Part shown: piece by piece, positions 41,431 through 51,620 of the stretch
Layout of the letters: each line of letters opens with the position of its first letter
How positions within the stretch are numbered: the first letter of the stretch is position 1
Assembly (NCBI GenBank): GCA_038867615.1
Contig: JAWBYA010000001.1
Location: 256,001 to 320,000, forward strand
DNA from: Sulfolobales archaeon
GTDB taxonomy: Archaea > Thermoproteota > Thermoprotei_A > Sulfolobales > AG1
Direction: 5' to 3'
DNA: 64,000 nt
Notes under the pieces: generated by a model
Told to the model about the DNA's origin: nothing
The model's database searches: none
The model's input: the letters and a program-made list of their open reading frames with translations, nothing else
Position numbers and translations under genes: made by a program

Positions 41431-42342
41431 TCACAATTTATTTCTGCAGTGTTTCAGACTCTCCTTAGCCTTGACCATCATATAGAGTATATGGTTTGTG
41501 GTCGCCTCTATACCAAGATCCTCCGCGATCCTCGCTATATAGCCATTTATAAAATCGATCTCGGTCTTTCTACACCTAGCCAGGTCTGATAGCATTGATG
41601 AGATATTATCCCCCGTCTTTATGGCTATCTCGAACACCTCGCGGCAGGGGTCTCTTGGGAACTCTATACCCTTAACCCCAGCTATTCTCTTCACCTCCTC
41701 GCACACCATGGTGGCAAGGGTTCTTAGGAGCTCGTTATCAGCAATAGCCTTGTTTCTAACCTCAAGCAGGGCTGTTATAGGGTTTATCACAGCATTGACA
41801 ACAAGCTTGAGCCATCTGTATGGCTCTATATCCTCGACAACAACTACGTCGAGATCTCTTAGAAGATCTGCTATTCTGTCTAGATAAGGGTTTCTATAAC
41901 CCTTCACCATACCCAGATAGCTTTTACCACCTCCTACCCAAACACATGTATCATGATCCACTAGTGATACGCCGTGGTTTAGCACAAGCTGGGCTACCCT
42001 CCCGGGTCCTAGTCTCCTCACCCCTTCTTCAAAAACGCCAAGGCCGTTTTGAACCAGGATTGCCAGTGATAGATCTCTAGAAGTCGAGATCCTTTCTATA
42101 ATGATACCGGCATCATAGGCTTTTGTGGCTATGAAGATCACATCTGAATAGAGCCAGTCATCATAGCTATAGACAGTGCTCTTGTATCTAAGCCTAGCCT
42201 CGGATCCTTCTGGTGTTAGTATCCTTGTCGGGATAGGGGTGTTCAGAGATCTTTTGACAAGTACGGGCTCGATATTAGCTTTATTGAGGATATGGATCAG
42301 CAGGGATCCTACGGAGCCCGCACCCACGATGGAGATCCTCAT
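41431..42342 (-). CDS. panE: 2-dehydropantoate 2-reductase
   Basis: GAGSVG, TKAYD, QNGLG, WLKLVVNAVINP, SSMLSD, TEIDFING. Confidence 0.93.
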   Translation of the reverse strand: MRISIVGAGSVGSLLIHILNKANIEPVLVKRSLNTPIPTRILTPEGSEARLRYKSTVYSYDDWLYSDVIFIATKAYDAGIIIERISTSRDLSLAILVQNGLGVFEEGVRRLGPGRVAQLVLNHGVSLVDHDTCVWVGGGKSYLGMVKGYRNPYLDRIADLLRDLDVVVVEDIEPYRWLKLVVNAVINPITALLEVRNKAIADNELLRTLATMVCEEVKRIAGVKGIEFPRDPCREVFEIAIKTGDNISSMLSDLARCRKTEIDFINGYIARIAEDLGIEATTNHILYMMVKAKESLKHCRNKL

Positions 42343-42495
42343 ATGCTCCCATATATAGAATACGTTATGAGTATCAAAAACGGCTCTAAGGAAGTATATA
42401 ATTGATCTCTTATGGGGCTAGGTACCTGGACAAAGCACATGTATAACGATCTACTATGGGTTGGGAGGATCGGTTTCGACAAGGATTGCTAGTCT

Positions 42496-42879
42496 TTATA
42501 ACGCTCGCCCCAGCTGATCTGGGGGTTCTTTCTCTTTGTGTGTTTTGTTAAGGGCTATTGCTAGTTTTGATAACGCGTCTACATAGGATCCCAGGATTTT
42601 TTCTATATTGCTTGGGAGTTTTGGGTCTATCTTTATATCACTCCTACCTAGATTCCTTATAACCTCTAGCCATTCGCTGCTTAGGTCTCGTGGGTGTGTT
42701 ACCACAAACCTCACCTCGTGGAAAAAACCCTCGCGCGAGATTCTTTCCACGAGATCCTTGATATTATCATGGATCCTCAGCACCCTTAGATGCTCCATCC
42801 CCTCAACGCCTCTCAGGACTGCTATGAAATCATAACCCCCGGTTCTCAGGTGTAACAGTATTCTTGACTCCCTCTTCAT
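42496..42879 (-). CDS. Hypothetical protein
   Basis: 127-aa ORF divergent from E1 alpha. Confidence 0.55.
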   Translation of the reverse strand: MKRESRILLHLRTGGYDFIAVLRGVEGMEHLRVLRIHDNIKDLVERISREGFFHEVRFVVTHPRDLSSEWLEVIRNLGRSDIKIDPKLPSNIEKILGSYVDALSKLAIALNKTHKEKEPPDQLGRAL

Positions 42880-43004
42880 GGCCCTCTATAGATATAGCGC
42901 TTAGCCTTACTAATTATCTAGAGCCTTATCTCGATCTCTGGGTTTTGCTGGTTCTCCCATATATAAACCCTGCGCTCTTAATGATATGCTGGAGGCTCTT
43001 GTTA

Positions 43005-44027
43005 ATGAGTAGGGTTGAGAACATAGGCATCATAGATCCCTCGAGATACGGGGAGCACGGGATCTCGAAGGAGGATCTTATGTGGATGTGGAAAACAATG
43101 ATGCTTATAAGAAGGTTTGAGGAGAGAGTGATAAAGCTTTTCGAAGAGAAGAAGCTCGTAGGAGCATCACACCTATATATAGGTATGGAGGCAGTAGCCA
43201 CAGGCGTTATGAAAGCCCTGGATAAGGATGACTATATCGTCTCAACATATAGGGGGCATGGGCACGCATTAGCCAGGGGTATTCCGCCCAGACTGGTTAT
43301 GGCCGAGCTCTTTGGAAGAGCCACGGGAACTAACAAGGGGCTCGGAGGCTCCATGCATGTCTCCATGTACCCAGAGCTCGGGATCATGATGACCACAGCA
43401 ATAGTTGGAAGCGGTATCCCGGTAGCAGCCGGGCTTGGATATGCTATAAAGTATAGGGGTGAGAAGAGAGTGGTTGCAGCATTCTTCGGAGATGGTGCTG
43501 TGAACACAGGGGCTTTTCACGAGGGGGCTAACATGATAGGCTTATGGAGACTCCCAGTGATCCTTGTGTGTGAAAACAACCTCTACGGCATGGGCGGCAG
43601 GGTTGACAGGGTTACGGCCGGGTCTACGGGATCCTCTGTGATCCACAGGGCCCTCGCATATAATATAGAAGGTATCGTGGTTGATGGCTTCGACCCTGTT
43701 GCTGTCTATATCGCTGCTAGGAAGGCTGTTGAGAAGGCTAGGAATGGTGGGGGGCCTACATTTATTGAGGCTAGAACATATAGATTCCTTGGGCACAACC
43801 TCAGAGATCCCCAGAGATATAGATCCAGAGATGAGGTTGAGGAGTGGAAGAGAAGAGATGCTGTGGCAAGGTTAACAAGGATATTGATAGATAACGGCTA
43901 CGCATCGCAGGAAGAGCTGGACGGGATCGAGAAACAGATCCTCGAGGAGATCGAGGACTCAGTTAGATTTGCTCAGGAGAGCCCGTACCTCAGCTTCGAG
44001 GAGCTCTATAACTTCATATACGCCTAG
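43005..44027 (+). CDS. 2-oxoacid/acetoin dehydrogenase E1 subunit alpha
   Basis: HLYIGMEA, TYRGHGH, GGSMH, TPP motif GDGAVN..ENN, TYRFLGH. Confidence 0.93.
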   Translation: MSRVENIGIIDPSRYGEHGISKEDLMWMWKTMMLIRRFEERVIKLFEEKKLVGASHLYIGMEAVATGVMKALDKDDYIVSTYRGHGHALARGIPPRLVMAELFGRATGTNKGLGGSMHVSMYPELGIMMTTAIVGSGIPVAAGLGYAIKYRGEKRVVAAFFGDGAVNTGAFHEGANMIGLWRLPVILVCENNLYGMGGRVDRVTAGSTGSSVIHRALAYNIEGIVVDGFDPVAVYIAARKAVEKARNGGGPTFIEARTYRFLGHNLRDPQRYRSRDEVEEWKRRDAVARLTRILIDNGYASQEELDGIEKQILEEIEDSVRFAQESPYLSFEELYNFIYA

Positions 44028-45023
44028 GTGATCGCGATGGGAGAGGTTATAATGAGCTATGCAGCAGCCCTCAGAGAAACCCTTAGGGAGGAGATGAGGA
44101 GAGACCCAAACATAGTGATCCTCGGAGAGGATGTGGGAGCCTGGGGAGGCGTTTTCACAGTAACCCTAGGGCTCTTACAAGAATTCGGACCCCAGAGGGT
44201 TATAGATACACCGATATCCGAGGCAGCCATAGTAGGTGCTGCTCTGGGCATGGCCCTGGCAGGGCTGAGACCGGTTGCCGAGATAATGTATATGGATTTC
44301 ATAACAATAGCAATGGATCAGCTCATCACCCACGCAGCAAAGCTTAGGTTCATGAGCGGTGGGAGGATAAAACTCCCAATGGTTATCAGAACACAATACG
44401 GTATTGGGAGAGCCTATGGCCCCCAGCACAGCCAGTTCGTCCCCTCATGGTTCCTCCAGCCAGGGATAAAGGTCGTAGCACCATCAACACCTGCAGACGC
44501 TAAGGGTCTCTTGAAAGCAGCCCTTAGAGAGAACAACCCAGTATTATTCATCGAGGCCGCCCTCCTATACGAGACAACAGGACCTGTACCAGAGGGTGAC
44601 TATATCATACCAATAGGGCTTGCCGATATAAAGAGAAAGGGATCCGACGTAACCATCGTGGCGATCTCTAGAACAGTGCTCGACGCGCTCAAAGCCGCAG
44701 AGATCCTCTCAGAGAAACACGGAATCGAGGCCGAGGTAATAGATCCGAGAACGCTCTACCCACTAGATCTGAAAACAATCTTCTCATCGGTGAGAAAAAC
44801 CGGGAGGATTGTGATCACTACAGACGAGATTAGGAGTGGTAGCGTTGCTGCAGAGATCCTCTCCAGGGTCGCGGAAGATCCTGACACACTCTATAGCTTA
44901 GAAACAGCCCCAAAGATCGTGTCCAGCCCTGATATGCCAGTCCCAACACCAGCCCCACTTGAAAAAGCCTATATGGTAAACCCCGACAAGATAGTCAACG
45001 CTGTTATTACAATGCTCAGATAA
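44028..45023 (+). CDS. 2-oxoacid/acetoin dehydrogenase E1 subunit beta
   Basis: LGEDVG, DTPISEAAIVG, EIMYMDF, QHSQ, IDPRTL.PLD. Confidence 0.94.
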   Translation: MIAMGEVIMSYAAALRETLREEMRRDPNIVILGEDVGAWGGVFTVTLGLLQEFGPQRVIDTPISEAAIVGAALGMALAGLRPVAEIMYMDFITIAMDQLITHAAKLRFMSGGRIKLPMVIRTQYGIGRAYGPQHSQFVPSWFLQPGIKVVAPSTPADAKGLLKAALRENNPVLFIEAALLYETTGPVPEGDYIIPIGLADIKRKGSDVTIVAISRTVLDALKAAEILSEKHGIEAEVIDPRTLYPLDLKTIFSSVRKTGRIVITTDEIRSGSVAAEILSRVAEDPDTLYSLETAPKIVSSPDMPVPTPAPLEKAYMVNPDKIVNAVITMLR

Positions 45024-45145
45024 GATCCGGCTGTGCCTATTGTTCGTTATCTGTATTTATCTATAGCCTTTGAAGATCCTTGCTAAATAGATCTGGTAGC
45101 TTGTATAGAAAGCCTCAATGCTGTAAAAACTCCTAGGATTATGGG

Positions 45146-48100
45146 TTATTTCTTCCTCCTCCTAGCCATATACATGGCTATTATCGCTACTATTGCTATT
45201 ACTGCTACCACCACAAGCATCGGGTTTATCGACGATGTTTCAACCCCGGCTTTGGCTGTTTGCTGTGCCTCGGTCGTCGTCTCTGTGGTTTGTGTCGATT
45301 TAGGTGTTATCTGGATCTGTGTTTGTGTTGGAGATGCTGCCTTGGTTGCTGTTACTGTTCTCGGAGGGCTTCTTGGTGCGCCTTCTGTTGATAAGCCTAT
45401 AGCGAATAATGGGTCTCCTGGCGTTACTGTTATCACAATCTCTTTTCTCTCTAAATCTATCTCGATGTTCTCGACTTCTATGTATGCGTCTCTAGTCACA
45501 TTGTATTTAAGTATCCTTATGCTTGAGGGGTCCGTTATGCCTAGTTTTTCATAGTTTATCCTGATCGTTACGCTACCAGCACCTGCTCTCAGAACATCTA
45601 TAGCAAACACCTTGAGCACTTTGACACCCTGTGGTGAGGTGTAGTTAGCAGGGTTTGTTTCATATACTGTTAGTGAGACCTCGTGCTCTCCTGACGATGA
45701 TATCGTGAGCCAATCATTGGCCTTTGTCTCGCCGGATCCTTTTAGGTGTTTTGTATCAAGCCTTACAGGCTCGTATGTTAGGACACCGCTCACAGGATCG
45801 CTGAACACCGCCCCAACGATTACCTTGTCCCCCATATGGATCTCGCCGCTCCTTATCTGGACACCGTTTAGCTTTAACATATAGCTCGATCCTCCTGGTA
45901 GTATTAGTTGCAATATGCTCACATTCTCCAGCCTCAGCTGGTTACCAGCAATAGAGATCTTTCCATCAGATACGGTCTCCACGCCATCTCCTCTTGTGGT
46001 GTTATAATCGCTCTCGGTGTAGTAAGCCTTGAAGATGATCTGATCTACGGGTATGTTGTTCACAAGGATAGCTAATATAAAGACCAGATCTCTCTTGAGA
46101 TCGCTTGGAATCTCGACCTTCAGAGTAAATGCATAGCTCCCACCGCTTGGAATCTCGATGCTGTCTGAGCGTGATCCCTTGTAGAGCTCTGTATCCAGTA
46201 TTGCTAGCGAGACCTTTGCCGACTCTCCCCCCATATTATGGACCGTTATTTTTACGCTCTTATCGCTCCAAAGCTGGGATGTATCTATATCGAGATCTCT
46301 TATAACCAGCGCTGCCCCAGGAGGTGTTCTCCACACCGCGCTCCTCGATATCGTGTCCCTGGCTTCCCGCAGATCCTGGATTATGTTCTCTATTCTGCTA
46401 TCTATCACCTGGATCAATGGATCTATTGGTCTTATTGATGGGAACATCAGGAGGAATTTCACCACCTCTGTGAAGTCATAGTAGTGCTCTGTAAAGTAGG
46501 CTGAGATCATTGTAAGATTCATCCTAACCTGGTCGTCGGGAGTGCTTAGCATAGCTCTCCTCATCAGTAGATCGGCTCTGTCGAGGATCTCTACGAGCAT
46601 CGCGATCTCTGTGAGGTTATACTGGAATCTATCAACCATACCCCTGAATCTCCCTGCCAGAGCCTCGGCCTCGGCTACAAGGCTCTCCATCTCCCTAGAA
46701 ATCTCCCCAGTGCTGATTAGAGAGAGCTGGAGTGTTACGGGAGCCGGAGCTTCTAGAAAGCTGGTTGAAGGCGATACCCAGCCCCACCCGAGATCCTCTT
46801 GAGAGAATGAGATCTTCTTTATCGTCTTGCTTGCTGTAAATACGAATGTTACTATTGGGAGAAGGGTTTGCAGGCTTATGCTTGTTATTGTGAGGAACTC
46901 TCCAAGCTTGTTACCTGTTGTGAGTGTATAATAGAACACAGAGATCCAGAGATCCTTGATAAGGATATCCATTATAGTTGCTGCCGCGGTAGCTATGTAG
47001 AGCGAGTTAACAAGATCTTTGAGTTTTGCGTATTTCTTCGTCTCTTTTATCGTTACCTCGCCCGAGTATTCTAGGCTGAGTCCTGTGAAGACCGCGAATT
47101 GTTTTTTAACGGTTTTATACCCTGCTGGTAGTGTTAACCCTTCTCCCTTAATTGTTTCTACCAGTGAGTCTAGCTCTTTAGCCAGCGATAGTACTGTTCC
47201 CACGACGTTCTCCGCCACCATGTATTTGTCAGCTATGTTGTAGAAGAGACTTTCAAGATCCCTGAATCTTATTGCCGAATCGAGAACCCCGTATCTATCC
47301 TCCCTCACATGCCATTGCAGCTCTGGGGGTTTTGTCCTCGATGGTAGTTTTGACGCTATGTCCTCGAAATCGAGGTTTTTGTAGTAGAGCGCTATGCCGG
47401 TTCCTCTTATTATTGCTAGTAACGTTTCTGTGGGATAGAGTGGGTAGGGAGAGATCATAACCTCTTGGAAGACCCTGTGTTGCAGAGCCATGTTATTCAG
47501 AGCCATCATAGCCTGGGCTATAGCTGTTGTGAGGAGCTGGGTTATGATCTCTCCTGTTACATCTTTAACAAGCTCTCCCGTCGGGGCTGTTAGGAGGAAT
47601 TTAATGAGCTTCGAGCCTATTGTTATTGCTGTCATTAGATCGTCAGCCACCTTTGTGTCGTTCCCAGCTAGATTTAGTGTTAAGTTTCTGACTCCGCTGT
47701 ATCCCAGCATCTCTAGCGTTCCAAGGACGCTTCCATCGAGCAGTATTGTTGTTGACTTAGCTACTTTGAATATCTTGGTTATACTTTTATCTAGCCACTC
47801 AGGTTTTTTCAGCTTTTCCATGATATTACCCCTGTTCCAGATCTTTACTTTGCTGAAGTAGCCGTCCTCCAGGCTCTCAGCTACTATGGCCATGGCTGCT
47901 ATGCTCGATACAATAAGGATCCCGTTGGTGACATATTTATGGTTCCTTATCATCTCAGCCTGGAATATTACGAGCTTAGCCAGCTTGCTCCAATAGCTTT
48001 TCTCATCCTTCATCACAGCTTCTGAGGTTAGGTTGTAACGGGGGTCTCTGAAGCTTATCCCCGCACCTAGCTTTGATAACTCGGTACGTATTGATGAATC

Positions 48101-51100
48101 CTCCCACATTGTTGGGAAGAGGACAACCGGCCTGGCGTAGAAGGATTTAGAGCCTACCTCCTTTATCCACGATATGATCCCTAGAAATAGGTCTTTAGCA
48201 ACCCTCAGATCCTCCGGCACGGGTTTTGAAGCTATTATATTTTCCAACAGGGTTATAGGCTCCAGTGTTAATGCTAGGTCTGTTAGCTGGGCTGCGTATT
48301 CATCGTTCTTCCCTGCAAGGATCTCGGCGTAGTATAGGTATCTCTTTAGTATTGTGTAGGGCACTGGGATTTTATACTCAAGCTTAACTGCCTCGTCGGT
48401 CTTTTTATAGAGCATCTCTTCTGTGACAACTATATCTACCCCAGTGTCTCTCACATATACGGGGGCTTGCTCATAGTTATTGATCTTTAGCTTGTATGAT
48501 AATATGTATGTTTCGTTAGGGGTCATGTTTATAGCTAGGGGTGAGAGCATGAGTCTGCCTTGGTTAATCTCTGTCCTATATAGCTCTTTTCCTGTCCTTT
48601 TCTCAAGAATTCTGAGCTCTATGGTATAGTCACCGCCTTTCAGGGGTGTTTCTTTTTCGAAGCCGAGACTCATATAGTTTTTCTCTATATACTCTAGTAT
48701 ATTGCTCTCTTGAGGATTATCTGGCAGTGGTATTGGTATGTCTATGAAGTTGAGCACTATATAGACACCAGCACCATAGATCCATGCCATGGCTCTTCCT
48801 GTAGCACCTTCCTCATCAACACCTTTCACTACGAGAACCAGTGGTGTGTTGGATAGGTTGGTTCCGGCGATCTGTTGTAGCTCTTTAGCCGAGGGTATCT
48901 TGATCATAGCGACTCCGGTGTCGGTAGTGCTTATCTTAGTCCTGCTGGGGGTTACGTTAAGCAATATCTCCCCTCCATTGGGGAGGGATAGGGTTGCGTT
49001 GAGATAGACACTAACACTCTTCCCAGAGCTACCATATCTATGCATATACACACTAAGGGTATCGCCTGGAAAAGCGGATTCTTTCTCAAACCACAGGACT
49101 AACACAGGCTTCTCAGGAGAGCCAATGCTAGGGGCGGTGCCAGAGAAACTCTTAGGAAGATACAATATATAGTATTCAGGCTCTGTCTTTGTATCAAATA
49201 TGGTAACGATATAGTCTATCCTAGAATAGATCCAGGCTTGGTACTCTATAGTAATATTTCTAGAAGAGCACGTCACATTTCCAGAGGGAGTGGTAGAGCA
49301 TTTAGTTACTTCCGCTATAGCGTAGCTTGCTCTGGATGGGTGTACTGACTGGAATGCTTTCACCTCCTGAAATACCTTGTTACCATTTTGTGGAACCCGG
49401 TATGCTGGTGTGCTGAAGAACTCATTATATTTAACAGTGGTGGGGGTAAAGTAATACCTACTGCCCATAGATGTAGAGAGTTCCCCTACGGCGAAGTAAA
49501 AATGTCTGTCTTCGGGGGTAGTGAGTATAATGTAGGGGTTAGGGCTCAGCTGTATAAGGGCTTGGCGGGTCTCTAGATTCTCACCACTATATGAAGAGGT
49601 ATCAAGGAGGAGTACATCTTGCCCACCATATATTGGTTTGAATCCTCCGCAAGGATCTTCACCGCCATGTATCTTCGTTATCTTCTCGTCTGATCCTATC
49701 GATGACGTGAGTTTCTCTGTCACTCCGCATCTAATATCAATTATTAATGTCTCCCAATGGCTTCGCGCATACTGGCTATTAGCATTGATTTTATATGTGA
49801 TCTCGGGTACTTGGAGTATATAGCCCGGTGGGGGTGGGTTGGGCAGCCATCCTCCTATCCGTAGCTCCGTCGATCCTGTGAAGCTTAGTGACTCGCTCTG
49901 GTCTGTCGTATCTGTTAGTCCTCCATACCTGGTTGATATGCGTGTATTCTGAGTCATCTGAACACCGCTGTGTTTGATCATTAGCTTGAGAGAGCCGAAT
50001 TCATCATAGCCTTTCTTCTCTATACTTAGTTTATGTAGACCGGTTATCGTGCTACTTTCGGAGCTGGTTTTTTTGCTAGAGGTATATGCACCATCTAGCT
50101 GTGCCTCTATACCGCTGAACCTCTCGCCCCCGACCTCGATATTGATCTGGAATGATGCTAGGGACATACCGCGGGCATTGCTTATAGAGAGCGTGACCTT
50201 ATCACTCCCACTATACACATCGGGTTTGATGATAAACATCGCTGAGAGCTTAGAAGCCATGATCCTTGCTCCCGGGCCGGAGCATATCTCGTTCACAGGT
50301 TCTAGATAGTTCACAATACCTGGTATTGGGTATGAGGCGGGTGCGAAAACAGCCGTGTTTGAGTCACTTTGGAGATAGATAGACCACGAGGCGGTGAAAG
50401 AAGCATCGTACTTGATTGTGATAGGGCCTCTTTTAGGCGCTGGGGTAAGTCCGCTCACCATTACACCGATCGTTGATGGCGGGGATACAGACACGTTCCT
50501 GATTGCTGTATATGCTAATCCACCCGCTCTTCCCTCAAGTGTCCAGGAGAGTACTAGGAACCTGGATAGCGGGTCGTCTGGAGATGATATGCGGTCCACT
50601 ATATCTCGGGCTCCGATGTAGTGGCATTTTGTTCGGGATTTGCTGTTCTTAGAAAGGAAAACCTCGAGCAGATCGTATATGGAATCCCTACCCGAAGCCC
50701 CAACGGACTTTGGGAGAAGCATTAGAACTACATTCTCCCCCTTGGGAACCACGAGTCTGGAGTTGTTGGTTAGCCTCATGAAGGAGTAGAGGTACTGGGG
50801 ATTAGCGAAGAACACGGAGGAAGCGGTCTCGATGTTTCCTTGTACGATTGTGAGATCACCCTCTACATGGACAAACGAGCCGGTGGGCTTGCTATGATCT
50901 GTTATATACGAACCGCCTATAAGGAAGATGGGCGGTATATCTTGCTCAAACTCGAAAGACAGCAGATCACCATCCTCGCTTTCTCCAGTAATAGCCCACT
51001 TGATCTTTATCTCTTTGTCGATGATCTTTTTAACATATTCTGAGTATCTCATCTCGCTCCGCTTACCGTTGTGATCGACGATTGTTATCACAGGATCCAT

Positions 51101-51322
51101 ATATTGTCCTATTGCTGGGTAGGTTTGGCCTCTGTAGAGGAATAGGGCCACGAGCTCAAAGTTATTCACAATATATTGAGAAGGGTTTTCCGAAGCCGCT
51201 AAGAATGTAGAGACATTCTGTGTGTGTGAGAGGAGGATTATAGCTAGTAATGAGAGGGCTAGTGCTTTGACATAGAGTCTCCTCAAAAGTCTGGATCTTT
51301 TGGGACCCAAGCCCAATCTCAC
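45146..51322 (-). CDS. Very large secreted, C-terminally anchored surface protein
   Basis: 2058 aa; signal peptide, beta-rich regions, central hydrophobic helices, Thr-rich linker, TM helix and RRRKK tail. Confidence 0.85.
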   Translation of the reverse strand: MRLGLGPKRSRLLRRLYVKALALSLLAIILLSHTQNVSTFLAASENPSQYIVNNFELVALFLYRGQTYPAIGQYMDPVITIVDHNGKRSEMRYSEYVKKIIDKEIKIKWAITGESEDGDLLSFEFEQDIPPIFLIGGSYITDHSKPTGSFVHVEGDLTIVQGNIETASSVFFANPQYLYSFMRLTNNSRLVVPKGENVVLMLLPKSVGASGRDSIYDLLEVFLSKNSKSRTKCHYIGARDIVDRISSPDDPLSRFLVLSWTLEGRAGGLAYTAIRNVSVSPPSTIGVMVSGLTPAPKRGPITIKYDASFTASWSIYLQSDSNTAVFAPASYPIPGIVNYLEPVNEICSGPGARIMASKLSAMFIIKPDVYSGSDKVTLSISNARGMSLASFQINIEVGGERFSGIEAQLDGAYTSSKKTSSESSTITGLHKLSIEKKGYDEFGSLKLMIKHSGVQMTQNTRISTRYGGLTDTTDQSESLSFTGSTELRIGGWLPNPPPPGYILQVPEITYKINANSQYARSHWETLIIDIRCGVTEKLTSSIGSDEKITKIHGGEDPCGGFKPIYGGQDVLLLDTSSYSGENLETRQALIQLSPNPYIILTTPEDRHFYFAVGELSTSMGSRYYFTPTTVKYNEFFSTPAYRVPQNGNKVFQEVKAFQSVHPSRASYAIAEVTKCSTTPSGNVTCSSRNITIEYQAWIYSRIDYIVTIFDTKTEPEYYILYLPKSFSGTAPSIGSPEKPVLVLWFEKESAFPGDTLSVYMHRYGSSGKSVSVYLNATLSLPNGGEILLNVTPSRTKISTTDTGVAMIKIPSAKELQQIAGTNLSNTPLVLVVKGVDEEGATGRAMAWIYGAGVYIVLNFIDIPIPLPDNPQESNILEYIEKNYMSLGFEKETPLKGGDYTIELRILEKRTGKELYRTEINQGRLMLSPLAINMTPNETYILSYKLKINNYEQAPVYVRDTGVDIVVTEEMLYKKTDEAVKLEYKIPVPYTILKRYLYYAEILAGKNDEYAAQLTDLALTLEPITLLENIIASKPVPEDLRVAKDLFLGIISWIKEVGSKSFYARPVVLFPTMWEDSSIRTELSKLGAGISFRDPRYNLTSEAVMKDEKSYWSKLAKLVIFQAEMIRNHKYVTNGILIVSSIAAMAIVAESLEDGYFSKVKIWNRGNIMEKLKKPEWLDKSITKIFKVAKSTTILLDGSVLGTLEMLGYSGVRNLTLNLAGNDTKVADDLMTAITIGSKLIKFLLTAPTGELVKDVTGEIITQLLTTAIAQAMMALNNMALQHRVFQEVMISPYPLYPTETLLAIIRGTGIALYYKNLDFEDIASKLPSRTKPPELQWHVREDRYGVLDSAIRFRDLESLFYNIADKYMVAENVVGTVLSLAKELDSLVETIKGEGLTLPAGYKTVKKQFAVFTGLSLEYSGEVTIKETKKYAKLKDLVNSLYIATAAATIMDILIKDLWISVFYYTLTTGNKLGEFLTITSISLQTLLPIVTFVFTASKTIKKISFSQEDLGWGWVSPSTSFLEAPAPVTLQLSLISTGEISREMESLVAEAEALAGRFRGMVDRFQYNLTEIAMLVEILDRADLLMRRAMLSTPDDQVRMNLTMISAYFTEHYYDFTEVVKFLLMFPSIRPIDPLIQVIDSRIENIIQDLREARDTISRSAVWRTPPGAALVIRDLDIDTSQLWSDKSVKITVHNMGGESAKVSLAILDTELYKGSRSDSIEIPSGGSYAFTLKVEIPSDLKRDLVFILAILVNNIPVDQIIFKAYYTESDYNTTRGDGVETVSDGKISIAGNQLRLENVSILQLILPGGSSYMLKLNGVQIRSGEIHMGDKVIVGAVFSDPVSGVLTYEPVRLDTKHLKGSGETKANDWLTISSSGEHEVSLTVYETNPANYTSPQGVKVLKVFAIDVLRAGAGSVTIRINYEKLGITDPSSIRILKYNVTRDAYIEVENIEIDLERKEIVITVTPGDPLFAIGLSTEGAPRSPPRTVTATKAASPTQTQIQITPKSTQTTETTTEAQQTAKAGVETSSINPMLVVVAVIAIVAIIAMYMARRRKK

Positions 51323-51620
51323 CGTCGGGGAGAGGGGATGTTATGGCATTTATATATTCCGGTTTTGCAGATAACTGCAAACCCGCCTGGGTGAGAACTG
51401 GTATAGGATCCTCTCTAATCCTGAGAGGTTTAAACCTCATCACGTAGAATCCTCGATCCAATATGGATTCATACACAGCTTTAGGACATATGGTCGGGGC
51501 TCTCGTCTAAACTGTCATCAAAAGACTTGGGGCGTGGAGCATCACTACTATCGTTGCGTTGTTTGTGTGCAGTGTTTCGTGTGTAAGATATATATTTCTC
51601 TTAGGTTTTATAGAAAGGCT

